From the NCBI GenBank assembly GCA_964561035.1, contig CAZLNR010000001.1, positions 40,577-104,576 of the forward strand: DNA of 64,000 bases, read 5' to 3'. Below are positions 59,057 to 64,000 of the stretch, piece by piece. The notes under the pieces are model-generated. The model saw only the letters and a program-made list of their open reading frames with translations, was not told the DNA's origin and did not search any database. A program made the position numbers and the translations under genes. This DNA is from an uncultured Gammaproteobacteria bacterium (GTDB lineage Bacteria; Patescibacteriota; Patescibacteriia; Magasanikbacterales; GWA2-37-8). How positions within the stretch are numbered: the stretch's first letter is position 1; every line of letters starts with the position of its first letter.

Positions 59057-59362
59057 GCCTACGTAAGTAGGCTCTTGTTATCCGGTATATTCTCCCGACC
59101 CCTTAAGTGAAAAAATATTTTTCTTTTAAGGGGTCGAAGGCGAATCCGGATCAGCCTGTCGATCTCCGGCTGGGACATTGTGAGTAGCATACGGGGAGAG
59201 CCCCAAGTTTTCGTCGCAAAGCAAGGAAGAGGTGACGACTTCTTTATAAGCAGACTTCTTCATGAGGAATGCTTAAAACTTGCTGGTGCGCAGGCTCACG
59301 ATGCAGATCCAGTCCGGTCTTGGGGGTGCGGGCCACTCGCGCTCGCACCCCCCTTCTTTTTC
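59057..59362 (+). ncRNA. Candidate structured non-coding RNA (~300 nt), identity unresolved. The strand is inferred from the promoter. RNase P RNA is one hypothesis, from weak P4-like strings.
   Basis: Promoter TTGACA (59022..59027), 17-bp spacer, extended -10 TGgTAAGGT. Multiple stable hairpins follow: gcctac-gtaa-gtaggc, an 11-bp stem cgaccccttaa..ttaaggggtcg, gggg-agag-cccc, and a 9-bp GC stem gggggtgcg..cgcaccccc followed by a T-run. No convincing ORF. It sits between two terminators, in a convergent gap between rplU and recR. Confidence 0.4.
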
Positions 59363-59396
59363 TTTAAAACCTTTTTTAAAGGGTTCTAAAGAAAAC

Positions 59397-59427
59397 AAAA
59401 AATTCCGATAAGTTCGGAATTTTTTGT
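59397..59427. terminator. Terminator hairpin (serves recR on the minus strand)
   Basis: aaaattccgat-aag-ttcggaatttttt. Confidence 0.7.
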
Positions 59428-59437
59428 TTATTATTTT

Positions 59438-60037
59438 TTATTTTCCAGTTCTGTTTTTGATGGCGCTGCCAAGGGTTATTTCATCCGCATATTGCAAGTC
59501 GCTGCCCATAGGCAAGCCTCGCGCCAGCCGTGTTACAGAAATAGCGGGGTTTTTTTCTTTAATTTTTTTCTCAAGAAATAACATGGTTGTCTCTCCGGGC
59601 AAGTCGGGGTTAAAAGCTAAAATTATTTCCTTAAGCCCGGTATTTTTTTCAAGGCGCGCAAATAATTCTTTAATTTTTAATTTATCCATATCATCGCTGC
59701 CTGGCTCTATAACACCGCGCAGCACATGATAGAGGCCGCTAAAAATTCCGGTGCGTTCAATAACATGCATATCTTGCGGTTCGCAGACAATGCAAATTAC
59801 GGATTGATCTCTGTTTTTGTTTGAGCAGATAGCGCACGGATTAGTGTCGCCAAAGTCCCAGCATTGTTCGCAGCTTTTTACATTGTCTATTAACTCTTTG
59901 AGCGCCAGTGTAATTTCCGCAACTTCTTTTTTGCCGGATTTAAGCAAATAAAAAGCAAAGCGCTCGGCGGTTCGCTGTCCGACGCTTGGCAATTTGCGGA
60001 ATGCGCTAATTAAATGTTGAATTGACTTTGAGTACAT
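59438..60037 (-). CDS. recR: Recombination protein RecR
   Basis: HhH (LPSVGQRTAERFAFYLL), C4 zinc finger CEQC..CAICS, Toprim segment. Confidence 0.9.
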   Translation of the reverse strand: MYSKSIQHLISAFRKLPSVGQRTAERFAFYLLKSGKKEVAEITLALKELIDNVKSCEQCWDFGDTNPCAICSNKNRDQSVICIVCEPQDMHVIERTGIFSGLYHVLRGVIEPGSDDMDKLKIKELFARLEKNTGLKEIILAFNPDLPGETTMLFLEKKIKEKNPAISVTRLARGLPMGSDLQYADEITLGSAIKNRTGK

Positions 60038-60055
60038 GAAAATTAGTGGATTTTA

Positions 60056-60358
60056 CTATTGTTTTGGAAACAATCCTTCCAATCCGCCCATTTCCTGCAT
60101 TTTAGTTGCCATGATGCGCTGCATTTTTTTAATTGCATCACTGTGCGCATCTTTAATGGCATTTTGTAATTTTTCTTTTTTATCAACGGTAAGCAAGCTG
60201 TCCTCAATCGCTACGCCTGTAAGCTGGAAATTCCCATCCATTGTAAGGGTAACACCGCCGCTAGAAACAGAAGCGGATTCGGTTGAGAGAGTTTCTTGGA
60301 GCTTTTTTCCTTGTTCGCGCAAATCTTTAAATTGCTTGAGTTTTGAAAATACCGACAT
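60056..60358 (-). CDS. ybaB: Nucleoid-associated protein YbaB/EbfC
   Basis: 100 aa; ..GGVTLTMDGNFQLTGVAIEDSLL.. matches the family core. Confidence 0.85.
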   Translation of the reverse strand: MSVFSKLKQFKDLREQGKKLQETLSTESASVSSGGVTLTMDGNFQLTGVAIEDSLLTVDKKEKLQNAIKDAHSDAIKKMQRIMATKMQEMGGLEGLFPKQ

Positions 60359-60398
60359 AAGATTATTTTAATAATTAATTATATTTATTATTTTAGTT

Positions 60399-61856
60399 TT
60401 ACATAGGTGGGTTTGCCAGGCCTGCTCCGCCGCTAAATGCCGATTTTGGCTTGAGTGCTTGCGGCGCAGGGGCAGAGCTCTCAACTGTGTAGCGAGTGGT
60501 AATGCTGCGGAAAGAAGCGCGCTGTTCGTCAAAGATCATTTTGGCTACGCCGGTTGGACCGTTACGGTGTTTGGCAATATGAATTTCGGCGCTATTTTTT
60601 TCATCCGGCGGTATATCTTCTGGACGGTAGTTTCTGTCGGCGGATTTACGGTAGATAAATAATACCACATCCGCATCTTGTTCAATAGAACCCGATTCGC
60701 GCAAGTGTGACAGCTTTGGGATTGCTGGCTTACTTAATTCTACGGTACGAGACAGCTGCGATAAGGCGAGTACTGGCACATTAAGTTCGCGCGCGATTCC
60801 TTTTAAGCCACGGGTTATTTCAGAAATTTCTTGTACGCGACTTTCGCTGTTGCCGCGAGATTCCATCAACTGCAAGTAGTCAATTACTATAAGTCCCAAT
60901 CCGTGTTCCATTTGCAAACGCCTGGATTTGGTGCGAATCTGCATAATATTATTATTTGGCGCGTCATCAATAAAGATTGGCGCTTCGGATAATACACCCA
61001 TAGCATGACCGATGCGAGGAAAATCATCGTCTTCGGGCCGGTCGCTCAGGCGGCCGGTTCTCATTTTCCATAAATCAACATTTGCTTCCGAGCATAACAG
61101 GCGATCTACCAGCTGTTCTTTACTCATTTCCAATGAAAAAACTCCCACTGGTATTTTTCTTTTTGCACCAATGTAGCGCACAATATCTAGTGCGAACGAT
61201 GTTTTACCCACACTAGGACGCGCGGCCAAGATTACTAAATCTGATTTTTGCAGACCGGCAAGCATGTTATCTAAATCTGGGTAACCAGTTGGCACGCCGC
61301 GCATTTGCCCTTTATTTTTATGCAGCTCATCAATACGATCGAAGGCGTCATTTAAGATGCCGCGAATCGGACTGAATGTTTGTTTCATGTAATTTTGAGA
61401 AACACCAAAGAGTTCTCGTTGTGCCTGATCTAGCAAAGTGTCTAGTTCTTCGTTTTCCTCATAGCCTAATTTGGAAATTTCATACGCAGCCCCCAAAAGA
61501 CGGCGGCGAGTTGCTTTTTTATGAACAATGTTTGCGTAGTTGACCACATGTGCCGCAGTTGGCACGATGTTGGTAAGAGATACCAAGTAACTGTGTCCGC
61601 CTACTTGTTCTAGTTGGTTTTTTTCTGTTAGTCTATTGCTTAACGTTAGAAGGTCAATTGGCTCATTTTTTTGGTATAGATCAATAATAGCCTCAAAAAT
61701 GCGCGCGTGGGCGTTTTTGTAAAAATCTTCTGACTGCACAACGTCAGCGATTTTTAACATCGCGTCTTTATCAAGCAAAATAGAGCCAAGCAGCGACATT
61801 TCCGCCTCTAAACTTTGTGGTGGTATTTTTTCAATTTGGTTTATGTCTTGGCTCAT
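60399..61856 (-). CDS. dnaB: Replicative DNA helicase DnaB
   Basis: N-terminal primase-interaction domain (PPQSLEAEMSLLGSIL), Walker A ARPSVGKTSFAL, Walker B IVIDYLQLM, arginine finger region. About 40-aa C-terminal extension; no intein. Confidence 0.9.
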   Translation of the reverse strand: MSQDINQIEKIPPQSLEAEMSLLGSILLDKDAMLKIADVVQSEDFYKNAHARIFEAIIDLYQKNEPIDLLTLSNRLTEKNQLEQVGGHSYLVSLTNIVPTAAHVVNYANIVHKKATRRRLLGAAYEISKLGYEENEELDTLLDQAQRELFGVSQNYMKQTFSPIRGILNDAFDRIDELHKNKGQMRGVPTGYPDLDNMLAGLQKSDLVILAARPSVGKTSFALDIVRYIGAKRKIPVGVFSLEMSKEQLVDRLLCSEANVDLWKMRTGRLSDRPEDDDFPRIGHAMGVLSEAPIFIDDAPNNNIMQIRTKSRRLQMEHGLGLIVIDYLQLMESRGNSESRVQEISEITRGLKGIARELNVPVLALSQLSRTVELSKPAIPKLSHLRESGSIEQDADVVLFIYRKSADRNYRPEDIPPDEKNSAEIHIAKHRNGPTGVAKMIFDEQRASFRSITTRYTVESSAPAPQALKPKSAFSGGAGLANPPM

Positions 61857-62020
61857 AGAAGTGTCTATAACAATAGTTTGTATATCTTAATCTAAGGCGT
61901 TTTTTTTGGCAAGAAAAATTGTATCTTTTTCTGTGGGTGGGTAGGGGATAAGGTGTGTCTAAATAATTTATTTGACAAATATGAGATAGTCCTCCTTAAT
62001 TATTATTAAGGAGGTGTGCC

Positions 62021-62398
62021 GTGAGCCTAAAACACTCGTTTGCGGTTCGTCTTAAAGACTCTCTTCTTTTTTTCGCAATATGGGACATACTTCCGGGTGA
62101 AACCCTGGACAATGCGATTGAGCGCATTGAATTTTCTCGTCCAGTCTTTGCGAGCGCAGGGCATCTTGATGTGGTGTTAGGAATGTTGCGAAATAGACGG
62201 TTGAAACTCAAAGGTTGGCGTACGCTATTTGGCGTGGGAGAGAAGTGTCGTATGCCGCTTGGTAATGGTGCTTTGGAGGGGGTGTGCGGTCTTGATGTGA
62301 GGGGTAAATCCATCTGGATTTACAGAGGTTCCTGCGTACCGACACGACAGTCTGGCGTGCTCGTGTTCGTAGCCGAACGTCCTGCAACAAAGGTGTAA
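62021..62398 (+). CDS. Small ORF (125 aa, GTG start) inside a GC-elevated patch, unknown function; coding status uncertain
   Basis: Perfect SD (taaggaggtg) 7 nt upstream of the GTG, but the SD is embedded in a perfect 10-bp hairpin cctccttaat-tatt-attaaggagg. GC is about 50-55%, against about 38% in the flanks. Confidence 0.3.
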   Translation: MSLKHSFAVRLKDSLLFFAIWDILPGETLDNAIERIEFSRPVFASAGHLDVVLGMLRNRRLKLKGWRTLFGVGEKCRMPLGNGALEGVCGLDVRGKSIWIYRGSCVPTRQSGVLVFVAERPATKV

Positions 62399-62524
62399 GG
62401 GATGCCTGCTCACAAACACCTCCTTACTCCTGATCTGAACTATAGTTATAAATGTAATAATCAGAAGATTGATTATTGTTTGTTTTTAGTTTCTTCTATA
62501 TACTTAAGATAGTTGCTGTGTTTT

Positions 62525-64000
62525 ATGCTGATAGTTATTTTGTTAATTTATCTCTTTATATTTGGACAGCTCGCCACTCTGCTGCTTAGGCGGTTTTTTG
62601 GTTTTACTAAAAATTTTTCTACTTTAATACTAGGTATGTTTTTGGTAGGTATAACAGCCAGCTGGCTTGGAGGGTTGGCCTTGATTTTTTTCACCTGGCA
62701 GCCGGTTACATTTGCCAGTGTGCTTGTGCTTAATGGGTTGTTGTATGTTCCGGCTTTGCGTTATAAAAAAAATAGTTATAGCCAGGATAGTAGTGTCGCG
62801 CAACCTGATAATGCTATGAGGGTGGATGTATGGACTGTGCTTGGTGTTGTTGTGTTTTTCGCATGTTTAGTTTATGGGTTTATTCTGCTTTCGCAATCTC
62901 GTTCTGGCGATGCAATTTTGACTCCATGGCAAACCATATCGCCGTTTTATATATATGTTTTTTTTGTTGCCACTTTCACTCTTGGGCTGCTTATTTTTTC
63001 CTCGTTAAAAACAAAAACAATTCTGCTATTTTTAATTTTACAAACATTTTTACTGCACAGCTATTTGCCAATGTCGCATAAGTTTATCTATGGTGCAGAT
63101 GGCTGGCGACATATCGCTAACGAGCAAAGATTTTTAGAAGGCAAAAAGTTTTTGCAGCCGCAGCTTGCTGGTGTAAGCGAACACAGTTCGTCGATAATGG
63201 AAAATTTTCAATCAAAAATAGGACAGCTGTCCTATGGAAATTTTTGGGCAGCCAATATTATGTTGGCGCAAATTTTTAAAACCGACTTGATTACGATAAC
63301 TAAATGGTTTTTGCCGGTTCTTTGGTCGCTTGTATTTCCGCTGCTGCTGTTTGAGCTTGGTTTGTTGTTCGGATGGGGTGATAAAAAATCATTGTTTTTT
63401 TCTTGGCTTGGCCTATTGCCATTTGCCTGGCATGCTGCCGGTTCATTTTCACTGCCAGTTAATTTTGGGTTTTTAATATGGTTATTTTTCTTATTGCTTT
63501 TACTCAAGCGATTAACAATTCCAAAATCAGGGCAAATGCTGTTGTTGGTTATAGCGGGTCTAAGTTTTGCGTTTGGATATAGTTTATTCTTTGTATTATT
63601 TGGTTTAGCATTTTTAACAGGGGAGTTTTTGCTTGTTCCGTTCAGGTTATCACAGAGAATCAAAAAAATTATCGCTGCTTGTGTAGTCGCTTTTGCTATT
63701 CCCGGACTAGAATTATTGGCAGGATATAGTCAGGCCACAATTCAAGTTGGCTGGCTTGGTCAGATTAAGCAGTTGATAGGAAATTTGCTTGGCGTATATT
63801 TTGCCAGCGGTCCTCGGCCGCACGACATTTCAACTGGTAATATTATACTAAACCAAACTCCGGCTGCGGCATTTGTCTTCAATATATTTGTGGATTGGCG
63901 CTGGTGGCTGGTTGGTTTCATGCTTTGTTTTTTTGGATTTGTTATATATGGGCAAATTAAAGCTTGGCACCAAGACAGGCTAGCGGTGCAGTGGATGTCG
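62525..64000 (+). CDS. Polytopic membrane protein, 3' end beyond window (putative GT-C-type glycosyltransferase; function uncertain)
   Basis: Hand translation from the ATG at 62525 gives 492 codons with no stop to the window edge and about 12 predicted TM helices. It is absent from the ORF track because no stop lies within the window. The antisense ORF 63232..63663 is treated as spurious. Confidence 0.65.
   Translation, partial: MLIVILLIYLFIFGQLATLLLRRFFGFTKNFSTLILGMFLVGITASWLGGLALIFFTWQPVTFASVLVLNGLLYVPALRYKKNSYSQDSSVAQPDNAMRVDVWTVLGVVVFFACLVYGFILLSQSRSGDAILTPWQTISPFYIYVFFVATFTLGLLIFSSLKTKTILLFLILQTFLLHSYLPMSHKFIYGADGWRHIANEQRFLEGKKFLQPQLAGVSEHSSSIMENFQSKIGQLSYGNFWAANIMLAQIFKTDLITITKWFLPVLWSLVFPLLLFELGLLFGWGDKKSLFFSWLGLLPFAWHAAGSFSLPVNFGFLIWLFFLLLLLKRLTIPKSGQMLLLVIAGLSFAFGYSLFFVLFGLAFLTGEFLLVPFRLSQRIKKIIAACVVAFAIPGLELLAGYSQATIQVGWLGQIKQLIGNLLGVYFASGPRPHDISTGNIILNQTPAAAFVFNIFVDWRWWLVGFMLCFFGFVIYGQIKAWHQDRLAVQWMS

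Noticed and set aside
59057-59362. Considered tmRNA, SRP RNA and 6S RNA for the structured RNA candidate
   Set aside because: No tRNA-like 3' T-arm (TTCGA) or CCA, so it is not tmRNA. No SRP domain-IV GGAA/AGCAG signature. The multi-hairpin layout does not fit the single long 6S hairpin. None can be excluded without covariance-model searches.
59180-59389. ORF 59180..59389(+) inside the structured-RNA candidate
   Set aside because: No SD; the product is Pro/Phe/Gly-rich junk ending in FFFFKTFFKGF; it spans the hairpin-rich region. An RNA explanation is preferred.
61996-62313. Minus-strand ORF 61996..62313 opposite the GTG-start small ORF
   Set aside because: No RBS; Pro/Ser/Arg-rich low-complexity product. 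The plus-strand ORF has a consensus SD.

Overview
This 64-kb window is low-GC (roughly 40%), densely packed bacterial chromosome with small intergenic gaps and mostly housekeeping genes. The gene content is consistent with a reduced-genome bacterium, possibly Patescibacteria/CPR-like; that is inference only. Recognisable genes, 5' to 3': murG (C-terminal part), tRNA-Lys and tRNA-Val, an amino-acid permease, a HTH (Xis-family) regulator, an ECF sigma/anti-sigma pair, a 1239-aa secreted surface protein with strong codon bias, typA/bipA, tRNA-Glu, dus, a PLD-family cardiolipin synthase-like gene, rarA, gdhA, yidC and an SPFH protein. A CIRCE-controlled heat-shock operon follows: hrcA-grpE-orf-dnaK-orf-dnaJ, with a second ECF sigma/anti-sigma/secreted-protein module appended directly after dnaJ. 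Then come rnhA, a beta-propeller membrane protein, murA, ctpA, era, rplI and pyrG. A cell-envelope glycan locus follows, containing an undecaprenyl-phosphate sugar transferase, a subtilase, an epimerase, GT2, DUF2304, GT4, a methyltransferase and a truncated GT4. After that: recJ, lepA, murJ, a beta-CASP RNase, a remodelled dcw-type cluster (mraZ-rsmH-ftsL-like, a membrane-anchored zinc-ribbon Clp/Hsp100-like AAA+ protein, mraY/wecA-like), rplU, recR-ybaB-dnaB, and a long membrane-protein ORF running off the window end (absent from the ORF track).

The non-routine items are these:
- Two GC-rich patches (about 870-1740 and about 61990-62430) stand out against the low-GC background. The first lies next to a 21-bp duplication of the tRNA-Val 3' end and looks like an integration scar or foreign fragment.
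- Three related palindromes (half-site TTGTATA) lie in the divergent promoter region between the HTH regulator and the ECF sigma operon.
- A CIRCE variant precedes hrcA.
- Two unknown ORFs are wedged inside the dnaK operon.
- A membrane-tethered double-AAA+ Clp-like protein with an N-terminal CxxC zinc ribbon sits where ftsI/ftsW would normally be.
- A roughly 300-nt promoter-to-terminator structured RNA candidate lies between rplU and recR.

No CRISPR array, transposase or integrase was seen. All functional calls rest on motif recognition by eye; none were verified by database search.
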